Shown: piece by piece, positions 37,307-46,532 of the stretch
Numbering within the stretch: the stretch's first letter is position 1
Layout: each line of letters opens with the position of its first letter
Source: an uncultured Gammaproteobacteria bacterium
Lineage (GTDB): Bacteria; Patescibacteriota; Microgenomatia; PFEM01; DATLAM01
DNA: 64,000 nt
NCBI GenBank assembly: GCA_964566925.1
Contig: CAZMIZ010000001.1
Location: 135,248-199,247, forward strand
Direction of reading: 5' to 3'
Position numbers and translations under genes: made by a program
Notes under the pieces: model-generated
Seen by the model: the letters and a program-made list of their open reading frames with translations, nothing else
What the model was told of the DNA's origin: nothing
Databases searched by the model: none

Positions 37307-37732
37307 TTAAGACAAAAATCGTTGGTCTAAAATTTCGTTAACTAATCGGTCGGCCTCCAGATTTTTTTCCCTTTTAATAAACTGGTAAACAACATTGCCG
37401 CCAATCATTTGTTCCAGCTGCCGAACTTCGATCACTAAACCTCTTAGATTCTCGTTCTTAATCTTAAAAAGGCCGTTGAGTTGATTGACTACCAAGCGAG
37501 AGTCAAGAAAGAAAGTGACCGCTGACCATTGATGACGGAAGGCCGAGGGCTGACTGAGCCACTTTAAAGCTTCAATCACGGCTTGATATTCGGCCACGTT
37601 GTTGGTAGTTTGACCAATAAACTTTCCCTTCTCTTTCAGGATTTTCCCTGAGCTGTCTTTAATAACAAAACCGATGGCGGCTGGGCCCGGATTGCCTCTG
37701 GCGCCCCCGTCACAAAAAACATCAAGTTGCAT
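37307..37732 (-). CDS. rnhA: ribonuclease HI
   Basis: DGGARGNPG, TNNVAEY, LDSRLV and NLEADRL motifs. Confidence 0.92.
   Translation of the reverse strand: MQLDVFCDGGARGNPGPAAIGFVIKDSSGKILKEKGKFIGQTTNNVAEYQAVIEALKWLSQPSAFRHQWSAVTFFLDSRLVVNQLNGLFKIKNENLRGLVIEVRQLEQMIGGNVVYQFIKREKNLEADRLVNEILDQRFLS
37515..37556. repeat. degenerate 7-bp array in rnhA
   Basis: GTGACCG CTGACCA TTGATGA CGGAAGG CCGAGGG CTGACTG (SQPSAFRHQWSAV). Confidence 0.45.
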
Positions 37733-38951
37733 AGCACCTCCAAAATAAAAGAATCAGAACAGCGGTTTCCGTGATCCCGGTATTAACCGCCGCCGCTAAA
37801 ACCCCAAACTGGGGGATAAAAATCAGATTTAAGACCAGGTTAATTACCAAACCGGCTCCGTAAATAAAGACCAACGACCGTTGTTGGTTTCTTAAAATTA
37901 AGTCCCACATCAAAAGAGCAGAAAGAAAAAAGAGTGGTAAAGACAAAAACAAAATTCGCAAAACCGAAACCGAAAGCGGCAGGTCTTGACCAGCAATGAT
38001 TTTAATTATCAACGGGCTGGCTGGAATTCCAATGAACATTCCCAAGAAAGAGGCCACTAAAAGGACCAACAGGGCTTTTTTAAAAACGCGCTGATATCGG
38101 TTTCGGTTTTGATCAGCTCTCGCCATGACCGGGTAAACAGCGTTCATAAAAAAAACAGGAAAAACTAAAGAGAGGTCAAAAACTTTATAGGCAGTTTCGT
38201 AAAAACCCAACTCCTGAAGGGAGCGAAGAACAGGAATCAGAAATTTATCAATCTTGAAATAGGCAAGGTTGAAAATTAAAGTCAATCCCAAGGGGGCGGT
38301 TAAGAAAAGGAGATCTTTGAAGATCTTTAGTTTAAAGACAAACCTCAGCTGAGGTAATTGCCTTTTAGCTAAAATCAGAGCGGTTAAGGCCAGGACTAAA
38401 GACCCAAGAGTGATCGCGACCACCAGAGACAAAAGAGAATAACCAAACCAAAGAAAAAAGCCAGCCAAGAAAAGGGTCGTTAGGCTGCTAATACCTAGGG
38501 CCACCATTGACTGATCATAGCGAAGGTTAAATTGGAAAATGGCGTTGGTTGAAGTCACCATTGCTTGGGCGAAGATGGTCATGGCTGCCAAAAGAATTCC
38601 TATTCTAATAGTCGGCTGGCTGTAAGGAGAAGGAAGAATAAGGAGAAGAAAGAGAGAAAAAATAATTAAACCAAGAGAAATCAAAAAGCGAAGAGAAAAA
38701 AGAGAGGAAAAAAACAAAGAGCGCCGCTCTTTGTTTTTAGCGGCCTCCCTGATCACGATGGCGTTAAAGCCGAAGTCCGCCAACAAATAAAAATAGGCTA
38801 CATAAGTAAGAATGGCTGTTAATTTACCAAAGTCTTCCACCCCGAAATAGCGAATCGTCACCATGGTGATGATGAGCATTGTCCCAGCGGAAAAAATTTT
38901 CCCTAAAATTTGGGCGAAGGTGTTAAGAGCGACTTTCTGCGAGAGTTTCAT
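37722..38951 (-). CDS. Wzx-like oligosaccharide flippase
   Basis: About 12 TM; LADFGF, KIDKF and NLIFIPQFGVLAAA motifs. Confidence 0.85.
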   Translation of the reverse strand: MKLSQKVALNTFAQILGKIFSAGTMLIITMVTIRYFGVEDFGKLTAILTYVAYFYLLADFGFNAIVIREAAKNKERRSLFFSSLFSLRFLISLGLIIFSLFLLLILPSPYSQPTIRIGILLAAMTIFAQAMVTSTNAIFQFNLRYDQSMVALGISSLTTLFLAGFFLWFGYSLLSLVVAITLGSLVLALTALILAKRQLPQLRFVFKLKIFKDLLFLTAPLGLTLIFNLAYFKIDKFLIPVLRSLQELGFYETAYKVFDLSLVFPVFFMNAVYPVMARADQNRNRYQRVFKKALLVLLVASFLGMFIGIPASPLIIKIIAGQDLPLSVSVLRILFLSLPLFFLSALLMWDLILRNQQRSLVFIYGAGLVINLVLNLIFIPQFGVLAAAVNTGITETAVLILLFWRCYAT

Positions 38952-38968
38952 TTTTTCATTGTAGCACT

Positions 38969-40213
38969 TTATTGACGATTCGCCCATGAGAGTCCCAAAA
39001 CTATCGTCAATAATAATTGGGTTTGTTGGAGAGTTAGCCAGTAATGATCCACCATGCCTGTTAAGAAAATCGCTAGAAGAGAAATTGCCAGTTGCCAGTT
39101 GCCAGTTGCCAATAGTTTTTTAAAAGTTAAAATTAGAAGCCAAACAAAAATAACTAAACCAACTAGGCCGGTTTCGGCAAGAATTAAAAGGAAAATGTTG
39201 TGAACCGGCTGGAGAAAACGAATCGTTTCTGGTGCTGGCCAATAATAGGATAGCTGAGAGATAAAATTATTCAAACCAACGCCGGTCAGCAGTTGTGGTT
39301 GGACCATCAAGCTGGCCACTTTGGTTGATTGAAACCTTAAATTAAAAGTCTCTTCAGTTGAGAGTTTTGGACCCCAATAGAAAACTCCGCCAAGCAGGGT
39401 CAATAAGAAAACCAAAAAGATCCCCTGGCGAAATCTCTTCTTCTTTTTCCAGAGGCGAAGAACAACCAACAGAAGAATGATTAATAAGCCAACCACCCAG
39501 GTCGAACGAGAAAAGGAAATGGCGATTGCCGCTCCCCCGAAACCAATAGTCAACCATTTTAAAATCTTCCTGCTTGTTAATTCCCTTTTTGGCATTCCCA
39601 TTAAGGCTAGGGAAACCAGGATAAATCCAGCTAAAGCATTCGGGTGAGGAAAAGTAGCATAGGGCCTCATTAAGAGTTGGCCATTAACGATTGCCTTGGC
39701 AATTCCGGGAGTAGCAACGTTAAAGGTCCGCTCCCCCAACCACCAAAAAGAGCCGTTCAAAGATGATTGGTTAATGAATTGAGCTATTGCCAGAAAGGAG
39801 GTGTAAATAATCGGGAAGGGCAATATCTGGCGTAGAGCGGATGGCGTATAGCTATTTTTAGCAACATAAAGGCCCAGAAAGAAGAGCTCGATTATTTTAA
39901 TGAATTTATAAAGGGCGGCACCGGAATTCTGAGCTAAAAGCGAAGTGGTCAGCAAATAAAAAAGGATCGCTCCTACCCACCAAAATTTCCGAATTGTTAA
40001 TTGTAAATTGTTAATTGTCAGCTCGTTTAGCTTCTCTAAAAACCAGGAAACTAAAATTAATCCCACTAAAATATCCGTTAAGTAAAGGGTGGGTGAAAGA
40101 TAATCGATTTTTAATCCTAAAACGTAAGACCATTCTGGCCAGAAGTGACGTCCTAATTGAACAGGAAGAAGAATGATTAAAGCGTAAAAAAACGCTTGAT
40201 GAAGCTTTTTCAT
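38969..40213 (-). CDS. O-antigen ligase / Wzy-like membrane protein
   Basis: RPYATFPHPNALAG, SFSRS, GVGLNNF and PVHNIFLLILAETG motifs. Confidence 0.85.
   Translation of the reverse strand: MKKLHQAFFYALIILLPVQLGRHFWPEWSYVLGLKIDYLSPTLYLTDILVGLILVSWFLEKLNELTINNLQLTIRKFWWVGAILFYLLTTSLLAQNSGAALYKFIKIIELFFLGLYVAKNSYTPSALRQILPFPIIYTSFLAIAQFINQSSLNGSFWWLGERTFNVATPGIAKAIVNGQLLMRPYATFPHPNALAGFILVSLALMGMPKRELTSRKILKWLTIGFGGAAIAISFSRSTWVVGLLIILLLVVLRLWKKKKRFRQGIFLVFLLTLLGGVFYWGPKLSTEETFNLRFQSTKVASLMVQPQLLTGVGLNNFISQLSYYWPAPETIRFLQPVHNIFLLILAETGLVGLVIFVWLLILTFKKLLATGNWQLAISLLAIFLTGMVDHYWLTLQQTQLLLTIVLGLSWANRQ
39085..39111. repeat. 7-bp tandem repeat in the O-antigen ligase gene
   Basis: (TTGCCAG)x3 + TTGCCA (ATGNWQLA). 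Confidence 0.85.
39828..39855. repeat. degenerate 7-bp array in the O-antigen ligase gene
   Basis: TGGCGTA GAGCGGA TGGCGTA TAGCTAT. Confidence 0.5.
39992..40019. repeat. 7-bp tandem repeat in the O-antigen ligase gene
   Basis: AATTGTT AATTGTA AATTGTT AATTGTC (LTINNLQLTI). Confidence 0.8.
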
Positions 40214-40235
40214 TAATTCAATCCTCTTAAAATCC

Positions 40236-40649
40236 CTATTCTCCCACCACGACGATTTCTACTCGTCTTTGGCGACCCTCAAATAATTCCAGGAGAAAAA
40301 TCGATTGCCAGGTCCCCAGCTTCATTTTTCCGTTTTCAATTGGGAGCCAATGAGTGTGGCTGAGAAGTGAAACTATCTGATGGGCCCGAGCATTATCGAC
40401 TCCTTCGTAGCGATGAGCCCAAGGAAAATCATCAGGAAGAAGTTTTTTTAAGACGCCTTCAGTGTCTCTAAGGACGGCTTGATCATTCTCGTTGCAAATA
40501 ATAGTAGCAGTATTATGAGGCGAGCGAAGGAGAAGAAAACCTTGTTTAATCTTACTCTCGGTTATTGTTTTATCAATCTGGTTATCGATGACCACAAAAT
40601 CAAATGGGGCTCGGGTAGCCGCGGAAATTGTTTTCGAAAAAAACTTCAT
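40236..40649 (-). CDS. YjbQ family (UPF0047) protein
   Basis: HNTA, NE, NARAH and LGTWQSIFLLE motifs. Confidence 0.85.
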   Translation of the reverse strand: MKFFSKTISAATRAPFDFVVIDNQIDKTITESKIKQGFLLLRSPHNTATIICNENDQAVLRDTEGVLKKLLPDDFPWAHRYEGVDNARAHQIVSLLSHTHWLPIENGKMKLGTWQSIFLLELFEGRQRRVEIVVVGE

Positions 40650-40651
40650 TG

Positions 40652-41110
40652 TTAGCTTGCTTTAGGCTTCACCACTACCCGTCGGTCTCGACCCTCTCCC
40701 TCTGATTCGGTGATCACCTCAGAATCATTAACCAAAGATAGATGAATAATCCGCCGTTCAGAAGGAGACAAAAAAGGCAAAGCATAAGCTTCGCCTGAGA
40801 ATTTAACTCTTTTAGCGGCATTTAAAGCCATTGTTTGGAGGCGCTCTTGGCGTTGCTGACGGTAGTCCCCAACATCAACCAAAATTTTAGTCCACTCACC
40901 TAATTGTCGATAAGCAATCATTGATAAAATCAACTGAAGAGAGGCTAGGGTTCTACCATGATAGCCAATTAAAATCCCCTGGTCGTTTGATTCAAGGTTA
41001 ACATTAATCGCTCCTTCGTCCCCCTCCTCCACCTTGATTTTAGCCTTAATTCCTAGATGGCCAAAAAGCTCTTTGGTTATTTTCTCAATTAATTTTACTT
41101 TCCCCTTCAT
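40652..41110 (-). CDS. jag: KH/R3H RNA-binding protein Jag (KhpB/EloR)
   Basis: LIGYHGRTL, ERRIIH and TESEGEG motifs; next to yidC. Confidence 0.88.
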   Translation of the reverse strand: MKGKVKLIEKITKELFGHLGIKAKIKVEEGDEGAINVNLESNDQGILIGYHGRTLASLQLILSMIAYRQLGEWTKILVDVGDYRQQRQERLQTMALNAAKRVKFSGEAYALPFLSPSERRIIHLSLVNDSEVITESEGEGRDRRVVVKPKAS

Positions 41111-41892
41111 TTTTTATTAATCAATGATTGCTGAACAGCGGTCAGAGCCGAAAAAACCAGCCAATAAAGCACCAGGCCTGACGGGAAACTAAAGCCGAAG
41201 AAAATGGTCATTAAAGGAAAAAGATAAATCATTTGGGTCTGCATCGCCGCCGCCATATCGTCAGCGGCTTCCGGTGTTTTTTTCGCCTCCTCCTGAGCTT
41301 TTTTAACCTGGGGCATCATCAACTTAGAAGAAAAAAACTGAACAGCGGCCGCTGCCAAAAGAAAAAAGCCAGGCAATCCAGGTAAAACTCCGCCCAAAAA
41401 GTTATCAGGTAAGGGGAAAATATCCGGCTTGGTTAAATCGAGATAAAAAAACCGGGTGTTGATTGCTGATTCTTGGGCAAAGCGCAGCGGAGAGTAAAGA
41501 ATCTCATTCAAACGGCTAATCGTCTCGCCATTAACAAACAAAACTTGCCGAAATGCCTGGAACAAAGCAATTAAAATGACTAATTGAATTATTTGAGGAA
41601 GACAGCCCGCCGCTGGGTTGGCACCGTGTTGACGATAAAGATCCATCTGCGCCTTAGTAAAAGCTTGCTTGTCATCTCCATGCCTTTTTTTTAAACGCTC
41701 GATCTCTGGGGCCAATTCCCGCATCTTTTTAGTGGCTTTCATTGAGGGGAGAGTTAAAGGAATCAATAAGCCGCGGATGACGGCTGTCAAAGCAATAATC
41801 GCCAGTCCTAAATTAGAAAACAGAAGCCGATAGAAAAAAATCAGGGCATTAACTAAGGGTTGATATAAGAGGATATGCCAAAGTTGAGCCAT
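41107..41892 (-). CDS. yidC: membrane protein insertase YidC
   Basis: GANPAAGCLP and PSGLVLYW motifs. Confidence 0.92.
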   Translation of the reverse strand: MAQLWHILLYQPLVNALIFFYRLLFSNLGLAIIALTAVIRGLLIPLTLPSMKATKKMRELAPEIERLKKRHGDDKQAFTKAQMDLYRQHGANPAAGCLPQIIQLVILIALFQAFRQVLFVNGETISRLNEILYSPLRFAQESAINTRFFYLDLTKPDIFPLPDNFLGGVLPGLPGFFLLAAAAVQFFSSKLMMPQVKKAQEEAKKTPEAADDMAAAMQTQMIYLFPLMTIFFGFSFPSGLVLYWLVFSALTAVQQSLINKK

Positions 41893-41893
41893 T

Positions 41894-42130
41894 TTATTTT
41901 AGAGGATCGTTCCCTCCTTCTGCCCAAGGATGACAACGGAGGATTCGACCCAAACCTTTCCAACCTCCCAAAATTATACCATAGCGCTCGATGGCTTGAT
42001 AAGTGTACTCTGAACAGGTTGGTCTGAATCGACAAGCGGCGTCCGTCAAAAACAAGAATTTAAGAATTTTGGAACGAAAAAGGAAAGACTGCTGATAAAG
42101 CCGAATCATCTTTAAAACAAGCCTTCTCAT
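41894..42130 (-). CDS. yidD: membrane protein insertion efficiency factor YidD
   Basis: [10 protein letters not shown] and [12 protein letters not shown] motifs. Confidence 0.93.
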   Translation of the reverse strand: MRRLVLKMIRLYQQSFLFRSKILKFLFLTDAACRFRPTCSEYTYQAIERYGIILGGWKGLGRILRCHPWAEGGNDPLK

Positions 42131-42468
42131 ATTAAACTCGCTTTTTTAAAGATTCGTTCGGTAGATTCCTTTATTTCACTTAATTCTTTGCCAATAATCC
42201 TTTTCTTAACCAAAAAAACACTGTCAAAACCAGGCTTTAATTTTGGTAAAAGGGAACGAATCGCCTCGGTCAAGAGCCGATGGGCACGATTCCTTTTAAC
42301 GGCTCTTTTATGAATTTTCGCTGAAATAATAAAGCCAAAGCGCGAAGGCTGATAATCGCCTCTCTTTCTAACCAACAAGGAAAAGAGTTTTCCTTGAAAA
42401 AGCCTACCTCTTTTTTTAACCTGGGTTAAATCAGTTCTCAGGGGGAGTCTGTGTCGTTTTGATAACAT
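42127..42468 (-). CDS. rnpA: ribonuclease P protein component
   Basis: RFGFIISAK and AVKRNR (RNR motif). Confidence 0.92.
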   Translation of the reverse strand: MLSKRHRLPLRTDLTQVKKRGRLFQGKLFSLLVRKRGDYQPSRFGFIISAKIHKRAVKRNRAHRLLTEAIRSLLPKLKPGFDSVFLVKKRIIGKELSEIKESTERIFKKASLI

Positions 42469-42606
42469 CTAAATACCAAGACGAGAACGTCCTTTGGCGC
42501 GCCGCCTTTTAATCGTTTTCCTCCCAGAAGAGGTCTGCATCCGTTTACGAAACCCATGGGTGCGAACTCTTTTTTTCTTTTTAGGTTGGTAGGTTCTTTT
42601 AGGCAT
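42469..42606 (-). CDS. rpmH: 50S ribosomal protein L34
   Basis: Hand translation [45 protein letters not shown]. Confidence 0.95.
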   Translation of the reverse strand: MPKRTYQPKKKKRVRTHGFRKRMQTSSGRKTIKRRRAKGRSRLGI

Positions 42607-42664
42607 AGTCTTAGGATACTAGGAATAAAAGGGAAAAACAAGCCCCTTTTAGTACTTGACTTAT

Positions 42665-42673
42665 TGTGGATAA
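42665..42673 (-). promoter_or_regulatory. perfect DnaA box upstream of dnaA
   Basis: TGTGGATAA (reverse complement of TTATCCACA). Confidence 0.8.
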
Positions 42674-42737
42674 CTTTGTTAAATTGTCATTGGAGTCTTC
42701 TGCCCTCAACCTGCGTTTAGTTTATTATTCAACAATC

Positions 42738-44111
42738 ATGGACAAAAAAGCTCTATGGCAAACCGTACTTGAGAGTTTGAAAATATCCCTTTCTTCGGCT
42801 AACTTCGCGACCTGGTTCCCCCAAACTTTTATTATCCAAATTAAAAAAGTTGACCGAAGCCGGCAAATTGTGGAGATTGGGTGCCCTTCCAGCTTTGTTC
42901 GCGACACAATTGAAAACCGCTATTATGGTCAAATTAAGGAAAGCCTGGATCAAACGACTAAGAAAAAATGCGATTTGGTTTTTACTGTCAAAGCCCAAAA
43001 AAACAAAAAGTCAAAAGAAAAGGGAGGTAAAAAAGAGCCGCTTTTTGAACAAAAGAGAGAGGTCTCTGATTCTGAAGAATCAATTAGAAAAGCTGGTTTA
43101 AAACCTGATTTCAGCTTTGACACTTTTGCTGTTTCTTCCACCAATCAAATGGCCCATGCCGCTGCTTTAGCGGTGGCTAAAACGCCTGGAAAGGCTTACA
43201 ACCCCCTTTTCCTTTACGGCGGGGTAGGTGTAGGCAAAACCCACCTCGCCCAAGCCATTGCCCGAACCATTCTTTCTCGTAATCCTAGGGCTCGGATAAT
43301 TTATTGTATGGGCGAAGAATTTACTAACGAAATTGTTGATGCTATCCGTCAAAAAACAACTAAGGAATTCAAAGACAGGTATCGCTCAGCCCGAGTTCTC
43401 TTAATTGATGACATCCAGTTTATTGCCGGCAAAAACACAGTCCAAGAAGAGTTCTTTCACACTTTTAATGCTGTTTGGCGGGCCGGCGGCCAGATCGTTC
43501 TCACCTCTGACCGGCGACCTGACGAGATCAATCAACTTGAAGATCGACTTCGCTCCCGATTTGAAGGCGGTTTGACAATTGATATCCAACAGCCAAATTT
43601 CGAACTCCGGACCGCGATTTTATTGATCAAAGCCCAACAGCATAAAAAAGAGCTTCCCATGGATGTTGCTCAGTTAGTCGCCGGCAATATCACTTCTACC
43701 CGAAGGTTAGAGGGTTTTTTGATTAGGCTTCTTACTGAAGCGGAAACAAAAAACGAGCCTCTAACGCCAGAGCTGGTCTCCGCTTTATTAGGTCAAACCA
43801 ACCAAAACTCTATTCCCAGGCGCTTAGTTAAACCAAGAGAAATGCTAAAAGCGGTCGCCTATCATTACAGTCTAAAACCGACTCAACTAACCGGACCCCA
43901 ACGATCGAAACCAATCGTTGTTCCTCGTCAAATCCTAATGTATCTCTTACGAACCGAGCTGAAATTACCTTTAATGGACATTGGCCATCTTTTAGGGGAT
44001 AGAGACCATACCACAATTATGCACGGGGTAGATAAAATTACCAATCTATTACCTAGTTCTGAAGATTTACGGGTGGATATTGCGGGGATAAAACAAAAAC
44101 TTTATGGATAG
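42738..44111 (+). CDS. dnaA: chromosomal replication initiator DnaA
   Basis: YNPLFLYGGVGVGKTHL, LLIDDIQF, EEFFHTFN and RDHTT motifs; ATG 42738. Confidence 0.97.
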   Translation: MDKKALWQTVLESLKISLSSANFATWFPQTFIIQIKKVDRSRQIVEIGCPSSFVRDTIENRYYGQIKESLDQTTKKKCDLVFTVKAQKNKKSKEKGGKKEPLFEQKREVSDSEESIRKAGLKPDFSFDTFAVSSTNQMAHAAALAVAKTPGKAYNPLFLYGGVGVGKTHLAQAIARTILSRNPRARIIYCMGEEFTNEIVDAIRQKTTKEFKDRYRSARVLLIDDIQFIAGKNTVQEEFFHTFNAVWRAGGQIVLTSDRRPDEINQLEDRLRSRFEGGLTIDIQQPNFELRTAILLIKAQQHKKELPMDVAQLVAGNITSTRRLEGFLIRLLTEAETKNEPLTPELVSALLGQTNQNSIPRRLVKPREMLKAVAYHYSLKPTQLTGPQRSKPIVVPRQILMYLLRTELKLPLMDIGHLLGDRDHTTIMHGVDKITNLLPSSEDLRVDIAGIKQKLYG

Positions 44112-44314
44112 GTTAGAACAAAGTAAAGAGGGTTTTAAACTTATCCACAAAAAGATGAAAATTATCAACCGATTTTTAGACAAAAATAAAATACGAAAAT
44201 CAAACTTAGCCGATTTAATTATTGCACTTATCCACAAGACTACTACCACTACTATAAATAACTATTTTAACGATTGCGGGTTGAGGATAAATAGTTTAGA
44301 ATAAAGGAGAGTCA
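44112..44314. other. oriC (dnaA-dnaN intergenic region)
   Basis: Perfect DnaA boxes at 44141-44149 and 44228-44236, imperfect boxes near 44162 and 44282, DnaA-trio-like CTACTACCACTACTA right after box 2, then AT-rich DNA. Confidence 0.85.
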
Positions 44315-45439
44315 ATGAAACTTTCAATCCTCCAAGAAAATCTTGCCCATGGTTTGTCAATTGTTAGCCGATCGGTGGCTACCAGGGCTCAATTGCCAGT
44401 TTTAAGTAATGTTTTACTAGCTACAGATAAAGGCAGGTTAAAACTTTCAGCAACCAACCTGGAAACCGGGGTTAATCTTTGGTTGGGGGCAAAGGTTGGC
44501 AAAGAAGGCGCCCTTTCAGTCCCTGCTAAAATTTTAACTGAATTTGTTACTTCGCTCCCAGCTGGGAAAATTGAAATAAAGGCTCAAGAGAATAATCTCC
44601 ACCTGGTTAGTGGAACTTACGAAGCCAGTTTTGTCGGCATGGCCGCCAGTGAATTTCCCACCATTCCCAGTCTAAAAAAGAAAGCTGATTTGCAGTTTTC
44701 TAGTTCTCTTTTAGCCTCGGCAATTAACGAAGTGGCTTTTGCCGCTGCTCAAGATGAGGGGAGGCCGGTTCTCGCCGGGGTTCTTTTAAAAAGCCAGGAT
44801 AAAAAGCTAGTTTTAGTAGCCACAGACGGCTACCGATTAAGCATAAAGAAAATTAAAGAGACAAAAGGAGTTGACCGAATTAAAGACCTAAAGAAAGGCC
44901 TAGTTTTACCCGCCCGAACCCTTTTGGAAGTAGCCAGGGTTGTGGCTGAAAAAGAAGAGGAAAGTCTAGGCGTAAGTGTGGCTCCCGAAGCGAGTCAATT
45001 AATTTTTACCACCAGTGAAATAGAAATTGTTTCTAGATTGATTGAAGGCAATTTCCCAGATTTTGAAAAAATTATCCCCGGTAAAGGGAAAACCAAGGTT
45101 GTCCTTGACCGAGAAGAACTGACTCGGGCGGTGCGGATGGCCGCGATTTTTGCCAGGGAGTCAGCGAATATCGTTAGATTTCAAATTTCTGGAAACAGTC
45201 TTCAGATCAGCGCCAATACGGCCCAAGTGGGTGATAACCAGAGCGTGCTTGAAGCCAAGGTTGAAGGGGAGAAGAGTGAAATCGCTTTTAATTCCCGCTA
45301 TCTTTTAGATTTTTTAAATATTGTCAATTCAGACCAAATTGTCTTTGAGACGAGTGGGGCGCTTAACCCTGGGGCCTTCCGGCCAGTAGGTGAATCTTCC
45401 TATCTTCATATTATTATGCCTGTTCGGGTTCAGAAATAG
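44315..45439 (+). CDS. dnaN: DNA polymerase III beta clamp
   Basis: ATNLE, RPVLAGV, VATDGYRL, RLIEGNFPDF and IMPVR motifs. Confidence 0.97.
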   Translation: MKLSILQENLAHGLSIVSRSVATRAQLPVLSNVLLATDKGRLKLSATNLETGVNLWLGAKVGKEGALSVPAKILTEFVTSLPAGKIEIKAQENNLHLVSGTYEASFVGMAASEFPTIPSLKKKADLQFSSSLLASAINEVAFAAAQDEGRPVLAGVLLKSQDKKLVLVATDGYRLSIKKIKETKGVDRIKDLKKGLVLPARTLLEVARVVAEKEEESLGVSVAPEASQLIFTTSEIEIVSRLIEGNFPDFEKIIPGKGKTKVVLDREELTRAVRMAAIFARESANIVRFQISGNSLQISANTAQVGDNQSVLEAKVEGEKSEIAFNSRYLLDFLNIVNSDQIVFETSGALNPGAFRPVGESSYLHIIMPVRVQK

Positions 45440-45440
45440 C

Positions 45441-46517
45441 TTATTCAATCTTAAATTTAGAAGCGGGTGTAGGGCTGATTTGAATAAGCCATTCAGAGGA
45501 GATCGCTGGTAAGTAAAGCGAAACCTCTAAAAGAGTGTCATCTTCAAGGGTGGCTGTTCCTGAGAAAAGATAGAGGGGTTGGAAGTAGGCCTGTTTTTCA
45601 ACACTTTCATAGTAAACGAGTTTGACTGAGGTTAAATTAACCGTTTTTATAGGGTTATTCGGGGCGACGTTTGTTTCCACGCCATCTTGAGTTTTGGCAT
45701 TTAAAATCTGACCTTGGCCATTTTGGACCTCACCCAAGACCACATTCGCCGTCTTTACCGGATAGGTACCTATCTTTTCTTGGTCAAGCTGGCGGAGGAA
45801 ATAATTCAGTTTTATTAACTGACCTTCTTTAGTTACCCAAACCAAGACAACATCTTGAGCCGGGCCAAAACCAATCAAAGGGTAGCCGTCAATCGCTAAA
45901 GAAAAAACAAATTCATAGAGGGTAGCCAAATTGGGGTTGGTTACTGGTTCAAGTTCCATTCCAGTCATGGCGAAATAATTAATTGAGGTAGTAACATCTT
46001 TCTGAGTCAATTCCCAGCTGGCGAGTTTTTCCTTAATTAAACTTTCTGCCTCCTGAGGAGTGATTTCACCAAGAGCCAAAGGGAAGCTACCTTTGAGAAT
46101 AAACTGGCCTGTTTGGGAATCGACCTTAAGGTAATTATCTCCCTCTTGCCAAATGTAATAAGTAAAATCGCCGCTGGCCTGGATCGTGGGTTCGCTAGAA
46201 AAGCCGATTTCGGTGGCGAGCTTAGCAAAGCGATTAACGATCTCTTGGTCTGAGAGCACCTTTACTTGATAAACGCTTAACTGTTGAGGAAATTCATTAA
46301 AAGCCCCCTGAGGAAGAGAAAATTGAAAACTGATTTCCTCTTTGGTTTTAAGCTTATATTCGGTTTCCGGAGCAGGCAAAGGGCCAAAAACCGGGTTGGT
46401 GGGCGGCTCTTTGGTGGTCTGCCGCCAGATTAAAAGAAAGCCCAGGATGGGAATTAAAGCCGCTAAGAGGATAAAGATTTTATATTGACTGATGATCGTT
46501 TTCAACTTTTTTATCAT
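45441..46517 (-). CDS. membrane-anchored exported protein, last gene of the T4SS-like cluster
   Basis: N-terminal TM followed by a large soluble beta-rich domain. Confidence 0.65.
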   Translation of the reverse strand: MIKKLKTIISQYKIFILLAALIPILGFLLIWRQTTKEPPTNPVFGPLPAPETEYKLKTKEEISFQFSLPQGAFNEFPQQLSVYQVKVLSDQEIVNRFAKLATEIGFSSEPTIQASGDFTYYIWQEGDNYLKVDSQTGQFILKGSFPLALGEITPQEAESLIKEKLASWELTQKDVTTSINYFAMTGMELEPVTNPNLATLYEFVFSLAIDGYPLIGFGPAQDVVLVWVTKEGQLIKLNYFLRQLDQEKIGTYPVKTANVVLGEVQNGQGQILNAKTQDGVETNVAPNNPIKTVNLTSVKLVYYESVEKQAYFQPLYLFSGTATLEDDTLLEVSLYLPAISSEWLIQISPTPASKFKIE

Positions 46518-46532
46518 TCCCTTTTCCTTTTG

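Noticed and set aside
42438-42641. 67-aa ORF in the track
   Set aside because: Wrong frame; the real gene is rpmH at 42469-42606.
44104-44304. 66-aa ORF between dnaA and dnaN
   Set aside because: It overlaps the DnaA boxes and trio repeats (the TTTTT peptide comes from CTA repeats), so this is oriC DNA.
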